This document shows, one piece after another, positions 28,662 through 38,046 of a stretch of DNA of 64,000 nucleotides; the first letter of the stretch is position 1, and the number at the start of each line of letters is the position of its first letter. The notes beneath the pieces were generated by a model. It ran no database searches. It had not been told where the DNA came from and saw only the letters and a program-made list of their open reading frames with translations. The DNA comes from an uncultured virus (IMG/VR IMGVR_UViG_3300009159_000038) (taxonomy: Duplodnaviria > Heunggongvirae > Uroviricota > Caudoviricetes). The stretch spans positions 62,001-126,000 of the IMG/VR virus record IMGVR_UViG_3300009159_000038. The stretch is one strand, 5' to 3'. The translations under genes and the position numbers were made by a program.

Positions 28662-30332
28662 ATGCGAATTCAAACAGTAGAATGGAAAAATTTCAATAGT
28701 TATGGAAATCAAATTCAGAAGATTGAATTTGAAAAAGATGCAGGAGATTTATACCTGCTTCTAGGATCTAATGGTCATGGAAAATCTACAATATCAGAAG
28801 TAATTACATTTGCTCTTTACGGTAGAATTGAAAGAAAAAACAAATCAGATCTTCCTAATAGAATTAATAAAAACCTTTGGTGTCGAATCGTTATTCGATC
28901 GAAAAATAAATTAGTCGAAATTACTCGTGGAGTATCTCCTAATCTATTTGAAGTTAAAATAGATACGGTTACTTATGATACTGCTGGTAATGCAAATGTC
29001 CAAGATTATCTAGAAACCGAAATATTCGATATTCCATATCAAGTATTTAAGAATATCATTGTACTTTCAATTAATGATTTTAGATCATTCTTAACAATGT
29101 CTACTGGTGATAAACGAAACATCGTAGATAGGCTATTTGGATTCACTATAATTAATCAAATGCGTGACCAAATTAGATCAGAAAGAAAAGATCTTCGCGA
29201 AAGAATTAAAACGCTTAGTGATGAGCTAAATATTATTCAAGAATCCATTGAATCTGTCAATACTAAAATTTCTACATTAGAATCTTCTAAAAAAGTAGAT
29301 CGAATTAGATTAATAGAAGAATACAAAGGGAAAATTAAAGATATGATTGAACAAAAACGTAAGATCAATGATGCTTTAGCCTTAGTTAAAACCAAAGAAA
29401 CCGACTTTAATGATGCAATCAAATCAAAAGGGAATGAAAAAGAACAATTATCTTTTGAGCTAAGAAATGCAGTAAATTCATTAAAGCTATACAACAATGC
29501 AAAATGTCCTACATGTAATGCAGATCTAAATACAGAAAATCATCAACATCTTAAATCTGAATTAGAAGAGAAAGTAAGAACCAAACAGGAAGAATATAAC
29601 GATATCCAAGAAGAATATCTAGACCTTTCCGGCAAAATGAATTCTCTTTCTTCTAAAATAAAAGAAATGGATTCATCTTGTATTAAGATCAATCTTCTTA
29701 TCGGACAATACAAAAATGAAGCTGAAAGAATTGCTAAAGAGACTCGAGAAGAAGATATGGATTATCTTAATGAAATCTTATCCGAGAATGAAACTAAACT
29801 TCTTGAAAGAAAATCTAGCGTCTCTAATAACTCAACCGAAGATACCTTCTTAGATATTGTTGAAAGTGTACTTGGCGATGATGGTGTTAAGAATTTAGCT
29901 ATGAAAACTATCATTCCAACCATCAATCAATCTATTCAAAATATGTCTAAACAAATGCACTTACCTTATTTGATTAGATTCGATGAAAAATTCGATTGTT
30001 CGATACACTCTTTAGGTGAAGAAATTAATGCTCGAAGCATGTCAACTGGTGAACGTAAAAAAGCAGATTTTGTTATTATTATCTCTCTTTTAAGATTGCT
30101 TAAAATTAGATATCCTTCATTAAACCTTCTTTTCTTAGATGAAATATTCTCATCAGTAGATTCTGGAGGTATTTATGAAATTTTAAAAATTCTAAAAGAT
30201 GTATCGGTTGAAAATTCATTAAACACATGGGTAGTTAACCATACAGAACTTCCAATAGAACTTTTCGATAAAAGAGTTGAAGCTATAAAAGAATCTGGGT
30301 TCTCTAAATTGCATATAGAAAATATCTCGTAA
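28662..30332 (+). CDS. 46: Recombination ATPase gp46 (Rad50/SbcC-like)
   Basis: KNF.SYGN, GSNGHGKST, zinc hook CPTC, MSTGE, LDEIFS, coiled coils. Confidence 0.93.
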   Translation: MRIQTVEWKNFNSYGNQIQKIEFEKDAGDLYLLLGSNGHGKSTISEVITFALYGRIERKNKSDLPNRINKNLWCRIVIRSKNKLVEITRGVSPNLFEVKIDTVTYDTAGNANVQDYLETEIFDIPYQVFKNIIVLSINDFRSFLTMSTGDKRNIVDRLFGFTIINQMRDQIRSERKDLRERIKTLSDELNIIQESIESVNTKISTLESSKKVDRIRLIEEYKGKIKDMIEQKRKINDALALVKTKETDFNDAIKSKGNEKEQLSFELRNAVNSLKLYNNAKCPTCNADLNTENHQHLKSELEEKVRTKQEEYNDIQEEYLDLSGKMNSLSSKIKEMDSSCIKINLLIGQYKNEAERIAKETREEDMDYLNEILSENETKLLERKSSVSNNSTEDTFLDIVESVLGDDGVKNLAMKTIIPTINQSIQNMSKQMHLPYLIRFDEKFDCSIHSLGEEINARSMSTGERKKADFVIIISLLRLLKIRYPSLNLLFLDEIFSSVDSGGIYEILKILKDVSVENSLNTWVVNHTELPIELFDKRVEAIKESGFSKLHIENIS

Positions 30333-30365
30333 TTACACGAGAATATATAAAATAAAAGATACTAA

Positions 30366-31250
30366 TTGTCTCAATACGATCTTCATTTTAATAAAGATGA
30401 CGTTTATTTTAGAAACGTCATGGTTGGGTTGCTAGCGACTCTTTATGATTCCATCAAATGGTATAATCAGACCGGAAGGGGTGTTAGCGATAAAAGAGAA
30501 ATTAAAGTTCCTTTTTATTTTAGTACAACCGGTACTGAACGTTACTTACAAGATAACTTCCTAAATAATATAGATTTTGATCCTCAATTATTAGAGGCAG
30601 AATCATTCTATAACAAGATTCCTAGAGGAATATGTGACTTTTCTGGAATTTCTATTGAAACTTCGGCTATCGTTAATAAGTTTGTTCGTATGAATAGACT
30701 TAAACAAGAAGAGGATGGTACTCTTAATACCTATAATTACGAAACCTATATGGTTCCCATGATTATGAATGTAGATTGCACAATCTATTTGGATTCTATT
30801 TTAGATCAATTGAAATGTTCAGAGGCTATTATCAAAACTTTCTATAAGAATAAAGTTTATCAAGTGGATATTGGTTATACTAGAATACCATGTCTAATTA
30901 TGTTCCCAGATGATCTTGCCAATGAAAGAACCGTAGAATTCACATTCAATGATAAGAAAGAATTCAAGGTAACTTTTTCTCTTCAAATTAAGAGTCATTT
31001 ACCGATATTTAGACCAGAAACCGAGATTTTTGCTGGAAATACTATGCAAGGATTCATTTCATCTACAGTAGCTCCTCCTTTTACTTTAGGACCTACCGGA
31101 ATAATTGGAAATACTGGAGCTAGTGGATCGTCAACAACCGATCCAAATTACAACGCAACCACTGTTACGCAAATAAATAGTGCAATCCCATCAGCGGATC
31201 CTGTGCCTTGGCCAAAATCAACTGATCCCCAAGGACCTATTAATGCATAA
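30366..31250 (+). CDS. 15: Tail sheath stabiliser/completion protein (gp15-like)
   Basis: IKVP..F...ERYL...IPR....SGI...Y.VP....... pattern; TTG start after a late motif. Confidence 0.6.
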   Translation: MSQYDLHFNKDDVYFRNVMVGLLATLYDSIKWYNQTGRGVSDKREIKVPFYFSTTGTERYLQDNFLNNIDFDPQLLEAESFYNKIPRGICDFSGISIETSAIVNKFVRMNRLKQEEDGTLNTYNYETYMVPMIMNVDCTIYLDSILDQLKCSEAIIKTFYKNKVYQVDIGYTRIPCLIMFPDDLANERTVEFTFNDKKEFKVTFSLQIKSHLPIFRPETEIFAGNTMQGFISSTVAPPFTLGPTGIIGNTGASGSSTTDPNYNATTVTQINSAIPSADPVPWPKSTDPQGPINA

Positions 31251-31283
31251 AAACAAAGATATATAATAAAATCAAGAAGTGAC

Positions 31284-32036
31284 ATGAGTATCAAATCTTA
31301 CGACGAATTTGTAAACGAACATTTAATAGGAGCTTACTCTTATTACGGACAAGGGTCATTATACCCTATTGTAAAAAAATTAGCTGAAGAAGGAAAAACC
31401 CCTCAACAAGTTTATACCTACCTTACAACTTTAGGAATTGACGAAGAACGCAAACAACGTGTTCTTGGTCAAGTATTTGAAAGAGTGAATGAAGGTTTAT
31501 TTGAAGATGATGACATCCTTAAGGCTGATACATCTGACCTTACTAAAGGAATTCCACCATCAAAAGCTAAACCCGATGAAGATGTTAAAGATGCCTTAGA
31601 TAAATTGAAAAAGGGAGATAGTGACGATATGGAAGATAAAGCAGAAGATGGTGAAACTAAAACTGACGATGATGATGCTTCCGCTAAAGTTGCTGCATTA
31701 CAATCTGCTCTTAAAGATGCAGAAAAGCTAGAAAAAATCAAGAAAATCCTTGGAGAATCTATGGAAATGGAAATTGAAGGAATCGAAGATGAAGTATTAG
31801 TTGACGTTTTAGATTATCATTTAGATGAAAAACTCGATCCTAAAGTTAGAGCTAAATTGAAAGACGACGATTTCGTATTTCCAGTTAAAAGATCATGGCC
31901 TATACATGACGAAAAACATGGTAAAACTGCATTAGTTTGGGCAACTTGGCCACAATATAAAGATCTTAAAAATGATATCGTTAAAGCCGTTATCAAAAAA
32001 TATCCTAACCTTAAAGGTGTAGGTGCTGCAAAGTAA
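31284..32036 (+). CDS. Putative internal head protein
   Basis: Leader MSIKSYDEFVNE; acidic linker; C-terminal LKDDDFVFP..RSWPIHD.KH..TAL domain. Confidence 0.65.
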   Translation: MSIKSYDEFVNEHLIGAYSYYGQGSLYPIVKKLAEEGKTPQQVYTYLTTLGIDEERKQRVLGQVFERVNEGLFEDDDILKADTSDLTKGIPPSKAKPDEDVKDALDKLKKGDSDDMEDKAEDGETKTDDDDASAKVAALQSALKDAEKLEKIKKILGESMEMEIEGIEDEVLVDVLDYHLDEKLDPKVRAKLKDDDFVFPVKRSWPIHDEKHGKTALVWATWPQYKDLKNDIVKAVIKKYPNLKGVGAAK

Positions 32037-32064
32037 AATCATTAAAACAAAAAAACATATAAAC

Positions 32065-33471
32065 ATGTCAAAATTAAAAACCGCTTTCGAATCTGCTTCT
32101 TTGAAAGATAGAGTTTCAACTCTACTTGAGAGTATTGATAGAAACAACACATCTAAATTTATTGCTGAACGTATTCTTTCTAGATTCGCTACAGTAGAAG
32201 TTTCTGAAGGAACTACAACTGCAACTGATGCATACACATACCTAATGGGTAAAGGTGTTGAACAAGCAAAAGCAAAAAGTGTTGCTAATGCTGCTATCAA
32301 CGAATCAACTTCACGGGTTGCTAATCCTTACTTAATTGAAAAGGTAAATATCATGAGAACCGCAGTTAAAGAATTATCTGCTTATTCTTGGATGCCAGTT
32401 ATTAACGATTACATCAAAGAATGTAATAACATCCTTGCTGAAAATGAATTTGCTATCTTAGTTGAATCTGTTATTTTTGATCTTGAAAATCACAGAGAAT
32501 CTAAATTCTATATGAATGCAATTAATAAACTTCGTGAATGTTCAAATGCAGAAAATCCAGTATTTGCCATATCTGAAGATCTTACATCAGAAAAATGGAT
32601 TCCTCTAGTTAAACAATTAGTTGAATTTGCTGAAAAATCTAAAGGATCTCTTTCAGAAAGCGATAGTAACTACAAAGTTTCTAAAGTTTATTCTCCAGTT
32701 ATCATTAACGAAGAAGAAAAATCTTATACATTCTATTCTAACGGAAAAATGTTAACGATTAAAGGTGAAGAAATCACTGAATCTACAATTACTCCTGATG
32801 AAAAATTTAAAGGATTACTTAACTTAATGGAATCATCTACTATCGTTAAAAACGGTATGAGATTCTATCCTAAGGCTGGATCTATTTTAGATGTTACCTT
32901 CGAAGCAGATGGTACTAAAATTACAGTTGATGGTAAATTGGTTGAAGCTGCTAATCTAGAAACACATTTACTTAAAACTGGTCTTTTCAAATTCAACGAA
33001 ATCAATAAAGTTAATGTTATCAATCGTGCAATTGCCGAAGGTGCAGAAATTAAAGATATGGATTTCGCTTACCGAGTTGAATCTAAAAAATTCCGTGGAG
33101 TATCTACAACTGTATTTACTATTGCAGAAAATATCTACATTCAAAAGGTTAATCCTGCAATGAATGTTAATGAATTTGTTAAAGCTGAAACTGCTGAAGC
33201 CGCCGTATCAATCGTTAAAGAATTTATGAATTATGATATTACTAATTCTTTGACTAAATTGATTGAAGCTGAAGAAGTTACTAAAGCTAAAATTGCTGAT
33301 GAAAACTCTAAAATTGAAAGAAAAATTCAATTCTTACAAGAGAAATTAGAAGAACTTAACAGAATCGAGAAATTATCCGTTTACGATATTGAGCATATAA
33401 ATAAAGCGAAAGCTATAGTAGAGAGTGAAATTAACACTCAATCCGAAGAGCTTACAAAAAAAAACTCTTAA
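32065..33471 (+). CDS. Hypothetical head-associated protein; possible -1 frameshift extension to 33659
   Basis: Many (L/I)xE sites, C-terminal coiled coil; ends ACA AAA AAA AAC TCT TAA. Confidence 0.7.
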   Translation: MSKLKTAFESASLKDRVSTLLESIDRNNTSKFIAERILSRFATVEVSEGTTTATDAYTYLMGKGVEQAKAKSVANAAINESTSRVANPYLIEKVNIMRTAVKELSAYSWMPVINDYIKECNNILAENEFAILVESVIFDLENHRESKFYMNAINKLRECSNAENPVFAISEDLTSEKWIPLVKQLVEFAEKSKGSLSESDSNYKVSKVYSPVIINEEEKSYTFYSNGKMLTIKGEEITESTITPDEKFKGLLNLMESSTIVKNGMRFYPKAGSILDVTFEADGTKITVDGKLVEAANLETHLLKTGLFKFNEINKVNVINRAIAEGAEIKDMDFAYRVESKKFRGVSTTVFTIAENIYIQKVNPAMNVNEFVKAETAEAAVSIVKEFMNYDITNSLTKLIEAEEVTKAKIADENSKIERKIQFLQEKLEELNRIEKLSVYDIEHINKAKAIVESEINTQSEELTKKNS

Positions 33472-33659
33472 TTGAAGCAAGTGACGATTATGTCGTTGCT
33501 ACTTTAGCTGAACCCTTTAAAGGTTTGGCAAAAGGTGATTCAGTAAAGATGGACGCTTTAGATTTTACCAAAAGAGGAGATGATGATATGGTTGATATTA
33601 TTATGCCTGATGGAAGTAAAGCTCAAGCGAAAAAAAGAATACTTTTCGCTAAAATTTAA
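33465..33659 (+). CDS. Start-less 64-codon frame, probable -1 frameshift extension of the upstream gene
   Basis: Reads LLIEASDDYVVATLAEPFKGLAKGDSVKMDALDF...ILFAKI*; fills the 190-nt gap before gp55; frame is closed upstream at 33432. Confidence 0.55.
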   Translation, partial: LLIEASDDYVVATLAEPFKGLAKGDSVKMDALDFTKRGDDDMVDIIMPDGSKAQAKKRILFAKI

Positions 33660-33662
33660 AAA

Positions 33663-34019
33663 ATGGCAATATACGTAAAACCAAAAGAACTATACGAAGA
33701 AATTTGTATATCACTAGAGCAAAAGAAACTAACTCCAAAGGCGGAGAAGATGCTCATATTAATAGCTGAACGAGCTAATCAAAAGCTAAGATATGAAAAT
33801 CCAATGGACCGAGAGGATTGTATCGCTTTTGCTCTTTTGGATTTGTTCAAGTACTGGGATCGATTCAAACCAGAAAAAACTAAAAACGCATTTGCATTCT
33901 ATACACAAGTTGCAAAGAATGCATATGCTAAAGGATGGAATAAACTACATCCAGGTAAATACAAAGGAACTTTATCACTTGATGGTGGTATGGATCGCGA
34001 AGGTATCTACTCAATATAA
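33663..34019 (+). CDS. 55: Late-transcription sigma factor (gp55-like)
   Basis: YV..KELY, LIAE....K..Y, DREDCI..A..D..KY..RF.PEK..NAFAFYTQ..KNA. Confidence 0.85.
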   Translation: MAIYVKPKELYEEICISLEQKKLTPKAEKMLILIAERANQKLRYENPMDREDCIAFALLDLFKYWDRFKPEKTKNAFAFYTQVAKNAYAKGWNKLHPGKYKGTLSLDGGMDREGIYSI

Positions 34020-34027
34020 AATATAAT

Positions 34028-34306
34028 ATGAGCACTATTAAAACATTTTCGGAATTCATTAATGAAGCTGCAAGAAGCAATGAAGCTCTTAAGTATGTAA
34101 CTTCTAAATACAAAGATCAACGAATTAATTCAGTTACATTTAATGAAGTTCTAGTTCCTTTAGCTAATCACCTAGATGATTATGCTGATAGAGAAATGGG
34201 TGATTTAGAGTATTCGAAGAAAACATTTGCTGCTTTTAAAGCTCTAGTAGATTTAATGGTCGTGGATCAAATCGAATCAGACAAATATCATCGAGGGGAA
34301 ATATAA
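34028..34306 (+). CDS. Putative internal head protein
   Basis: Leader MSTIKTFSEFINE. Confidence 0.65.
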   Translation: MSTIKTFSEFINEAARSNEALKYVTSKYKDQRINSVTFNEVLVPLANHLDDYADREMGDLEYSKKTFAAFKALVDLMVVDQIESDKYHRGEI

Positions 34307-34315
34307 AATAATTGA

Positions 34316-34711
34316 ATGTACGCAATTAAAACCTTTTCAGAATTCGTTAATGAAGGTAAAACTTCAGGATTTAATAGAACTTATACTATGGGTTCTACTT
34401 GGTGGGCTTTATGGAAAATTGAAAACAAAGAAGATTATACTATAAAACAAGATTCTTTTACTAAAACTTTCGAAGTGTATACTAAAGATAAAGAACCTAA
34501 ATTATCTTTCGTTTTTGATTATGGTCGTAATGTAGTTTTCACCAATGATTCACCTAAACAATTTGAGTTAAAAAGAGTTGATCCTAAAGCAAAAGCTAAA
34601 GCCGAAGAAACCGATGCCGAAACTGGTAAAAAAGAAGTTCTTCCTGGTGGAACTCCAAAAGAGGAAGAAGCAGAAGGTGAATTAGAAACCGATAAAACAG
34701 AAGAAGAATAA
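34316..34711 (+). CDS. Putative internal head protein
   Basis: Leader MYAIKTFSEFVNE. Confidence 0.65.
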   Translation: MYAIKTFSEFVNEGKTSGFNRTYTMGSTWWALWKIENKEDYTIKQDSFTKTFEVYTKDKEPKLSFVFDYGRNVVFTNDSPKQFELKRVDPKAKAKAEETDAETGKKEVLPGGTPKEEEAEGELETDKTEEE

Positions 34712-34727
34712 AAAATATATAATAACA

Positions 34728-35594
34728 ATGAATCATTTACCAACATACTCGGATTTTATTCTAGGTCCTCCAATTGCATTTGATGGAACCAACTTAAAAG
34801 TTGGTCAAAGCATTGTAGCTGCTGATGGTTACTCGGGTATTATAATTTCAAGAGAAATGGTTAATGGACGAATAATGTTCAGGGATCATTTAGGAGTACA
34901 TCATTTAGTTGAATCGCATAATGTAGTTATCGATGAAGCCATTAATGAAGATCTTCAATGGTGGGAAGTTACCAAAGGTATACTTGCTGCTGATGCAATT
35001 AAAACAGGAATGGCTATTGCCGGTGGTGGTCTTGCTATTGCCGCAGTAATTTTCTCTCAATGGTTTGCCGGTATCTCTCAGAAAATGATTGCCGCTAGAA
35101 AAGATGCTAAATTGAAAGCTTCGGCTGGAGCAATCGCTACTAAATTTAACGATGATCCAGAATTAAATGGATTTATGACTAAACTTCAACAATTCCCTTA
35201 TATGAAGCCTCTTATGGCAGGTAAAAGAGAAACTGTTAAAGTTGCTGCCAATAATAAAGAAAGATCTAAGATCTTAAGAGAAATGGCTAAATATGTAAAA
35301 TCTAAGCTAACTCCAGAAGAAATGGAATTCTTTATAGAAGTTAATAAGATGCTTAAAACCAAACCATTAGAAACTAATGATGGTCAAAAAGTTGAAGAAG
35401 ATTTGCAACAAATGGCCGATGCTGTTTTAGATCCATCAAATTCTAATGCAGAATCTTCTATTAATAAAGATCCAAATAGAACTGTTGGTACAGGAACTTA
35501 TACCTCTACTGCATCAGATCTAAATGTGAAAACTAAAGGTATATACAAAACTAATGATCCTGCATCTGGTGGTTGGAATCCAATTATGACTTAA
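34728..35594 (+). CDS. Putative internal head protein with central hydrophobic helix
   Basis: Leader MNHLPTYSDFI; INE followed by TGMAIAGGGLAIAAVIFSQWF. Confidence 0.6.
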   Translation: MNHLPTYSDFILGPPIAFDGTNLKVGQSIVAADGYSGIIISREMVNGRIMFRDHLGVHHLVESHNVVIDEAINEDLQWWEVTKGILAADAIKTGMAIAGGGLAIAAVIFSQWFAGISQKMIAARKDAKLKASAGAIATKFNDDPELNGFMTKLQQFPYMKPLMAGKRETVKVAANNKERSKILREMAKYVKSKLTPEEMEFFIEVNKMLKTKPLETNDGQKVEEDLQQMADAVLDPSNSNAESSINKDPNRTVGTGTYTSTASDLNVKTKGIYKTNDPASGGWNPIMT

Positions 35595-35648
35595 TTAGGC
35601 ATATAACTATATGTCATAGATAAATATAAAAAACAAAATAATACAAAT

Positions 35649-35951
35649 ATGAAAAATTTAATGTCTTTCGACGAATTCGTAGTTAATGAAGCTGGTAAAT
35701 ACGATGCTTCAGGATTTAATCCGGCAGCAGAAGCTACTAGCGATGAATTCAATCAAGAATTAACTCCAGGAAAAAAATACAATGTTAAAAAAGGAGAAGA
35801 AACTTCTCTTTGCATTTATCAAGGTAATACTGACGGAGTTTATATCTTCAACCCAGAAGCTAAAGAAGATGGTATAACTACTTCTCCATGTGAATTTACT
35901 GAAGCTGAATATGCTGCTGCATTTAAAGCTGGTGAAATCGTTGCTGCTTAA
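35649..35951 (+). CDS. Putative internal head protein, one copy of a repeated beta domain
   Basis: Leader MKNLMSFDEFVVNE; EL.PGK.Y...IYQG..DG.YIFN. Confidence 0.65.
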   Translation: MKNLMSFDEFVVNEAGKYDASGFNPAAEATSDEFNQELTPGKKYNVKKGEETSLCIYQGNTDGVYIFNPEAKEDGITTSPCEFTEAEYAAAFKAGEIVAA

Positions 35952-35972
35952 TTAAAAACTTAAAAATTCTAT

Positions 35973-36758
35973 ATGAAGAATCTAAAAACATTTTCTGAAT
36001 TCGTATCAGAAGCCGCTGAATTTAATCCAGCTAATACATCTGATATAGATGTTCTATTGCCTGCAATTAAATCTGCATCAGAGCTAATGCCTGGTAAAGA
36101 ATACGTCATTAAATTAGATGGTAAAACTCATTCGAATATGATGTATCAAGGAGTAAGTGATGGTAGTTATATCTTCAATTCCGAAGATATGGAAACTGTG
36201 CTTAATCTTAAGGATGACCAAATTAATAGTGCTGTTTCTGATGGTGGTGTTCAACCAGTAAATGAAGCAGTTAAAAGAACTGCAGATCAAGTAAATAAAG
36301 ATGCAGAAGATCGAATCAAAAATCAAATTGCTCGTTATTCAGAAATGATGAAATCTAAACCAGAAAAAGCTAATGTTTATAAAGCTCAATTGGATTTAGC
36401 TCATGCTAAAATGACGGTTGTTAATTTGAAGAAAAAGGTTGATGCTCTAAGAGAATCTACCGAATTAGATGAATCTAAACTTTATAAAGGAAAAGAAGTT
36501 TTACCTGATTATATTGATCCACGAAGAGATTTTGGTGCTCCTGTTAAAAACAGTAAAGAGTTAAAAGTTGGTGCTGAATATGTTATATATGAGCCTGGAA
36601 TGGATAACTGGCAAGCAGAAAACATTTATCAAGGTTACACTGGTGGAATTCATATATTCAATTCATCTACACAATTTGGTGAAGCGGAACCTCTAGAATT
36701 AACTGACAAAGAATTAGAATCAGCTATTAAAGATGGCGAAATTATTAAACAAAACTAA
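35973..36758 (+). CDS. Putative internal head protein, two copies of the same beta domain
   Basis: Leader MKNLKTFSEFVSE; two EL..G.EYVI...YQG...G..IFNS units. Confidence 0.65.
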   Translation: MKNLKTFSEFVSEAAEFNPANTSDIDVLLPAIKSASELMPGKEYVIKLDGKTHSNMMYQGVSDGSYIFNSEDMETVLNLKDDQINSAVSDGGVQPVNEAVKRTADQVNKDAEDRIKNQIARYSEMMKSKPEKANVYKAQLDLAHAKMTVVNLKKKVDALRESTELDESKLYKGKEVLPDYIDPRRDFGAPVKNSKELKVGAEYVIYEPGMDNWQAENIYQGYTGGIHIFNSSTQFGEAEPLELTDKELESAIKDGEIIKQN

Positions 36759-36772
36759 TAATTTCAACATGT

Positions 36773-37255
36773 ATGCGCTCAATAAAAGGAAACAAACCAA
36801 CTAAGAAATCAGGTTTCGTTCAAGGATATTTCCCTATCCAAGAGTGCAAGAAATACTTCGGTAATGGACCAATCATTTACCGTTCATCATGGGAAAAGAA
36901 ATTTTGCTTATATTGCGAAAGGAATCCGGAGATCATTCAGTGGTCTTCGGAATCGCTTTCTATTAAATACTTCAATCCTTTAGACGAGAAATATCATACA
37001 TATTTCCCTGATTTTTTGGTAAAAACTTCTAATGAAAGAACCATTATAGTTGAAGTTAAACCCAAGGCTCAATTAACGAAGCCAAATCCTCCAAAACGTA
37101 AAACTCCCAAACAACTAGAAAGTTATAAATGGGCATATTCAGCTTTTGTTACTAATATGTGCAAAAAGAAATATGCCGAAGAGTATGCTAAAAATAGAGG
37201 TTGGGAATATATGTTAGTCACTGAAGATTTTTTTACCAAAACCCTTAATTCATGA
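36773..37255 (+). CDS. 4: Head completion nuclease (gp4-like, TnsA-like)
   Basis: KY.G...IIYRSSWE..FC.YC, WSSE...I.Y..P.D...H.YFPDF, VEVKP..Q. Confidence 0.88.
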   Translation: MRSIKGNKPTKKSGFVQGYFPIQECKKYFGNGPIIYRSSWEKKFCLYCERNPEIIQWSSESLSIKYFNPLDEKYHTYFPDFLVKTSNERTIIVEVKPKAQLTKPNPPKRKTPKQLESYKWAYSAFVTNMCKKKYAEEYAKNRGWEYMLVTEDFFTKTLNS

Positions 37256-37983
37256 AAGGGCTATTAGATCTTTTTGGAATGCTTTTGGACCTTATTAAAG
37301 TCCAAGCTAATACAAATCCTGAAACTCCTCAATCTGAAGGCGTCGATGATGCGTATCAATGGTTCATTGACACACTCAAAGATACTCGAAATAAAAGAGT
37401 AGTTGAAACTGGTGATAATAAACTTAAGCCTGGTAAAATATACGTTTTTAAATACGATCCAAAATATAAGACCGTTCTAGATTATTATGATATGCATCCT
37501 ATTGTTATTGCATTAGGTCAAGTTATGACAGAGAATGGAAAGTTAGAAGTTGGTATCAATATTAGTTGGTATCCTCCAAAAGCTAGAAAATATATTGTTG
37601 GTAAAATTAGAGAAATGTATAAACCTCTATATGAAGCCGCATCAAAGAAGAATCCATTTGATGGACAAGAACAAGCATTCGTACCTATTGATTTGTATGC
37701 TCTTAAAGTTGCTCTAGATAGAGCCGGTTTATCATATGCCGTAAGAACTTATATTCCAGATAGAATAAAATCACCTAAAGCAATTGTTTGTTATGAAGAT
37801 TGGGAAATTGTTTCTAGAATGGATAAGCCTAAGATTTTTCCACAATTAGAAGGGAAAGTTTCGTTGTTCGATGTATATAAAGGATTTGAACTTTATCTTA
37901 GATCTCAAATGAGTAATGGTGCCGCAAACGCTAAGAAACGAGAGATGGCGAAAAAACTAAATAGATATAAATTCATAAAATAA
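37252..37983 (+). CDS. 2: DNA end protector protein (gp2-like)
   Basis: PGKIY.F.YDPK.K..L.YYD.HP...GIN...YPP..R...YAVR.Y..DR. Confidence 0.8.
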   Translation: MKGLLDLFGMLLDLIKVQANTNPETPQSEGVDDAYQWFIDTLKDTRNKRVVETGDNKLKPGKIYVFKYDPKYKTVLDYYDMHPIVIALGQVMTENGKLEVGINISWYPPKARKYIVGKIREMYKPLYEAASKKNPFDGQEQAFVPIDLYALKVALDRAGLSYAVRTYIPDRIKSPKAIVCYEDWEIVSRMDKPKIFPQLEGKVSLFDVYKGFELYLRSQMSNGAANAKKREMAKKLNRYKFIK

Positions 37984-38046
37984 GTAATTGAAGTCATTAT
38001 GGCTCGATCACAACGAATAAATAATAAAATACTAAAATAAACTAAT

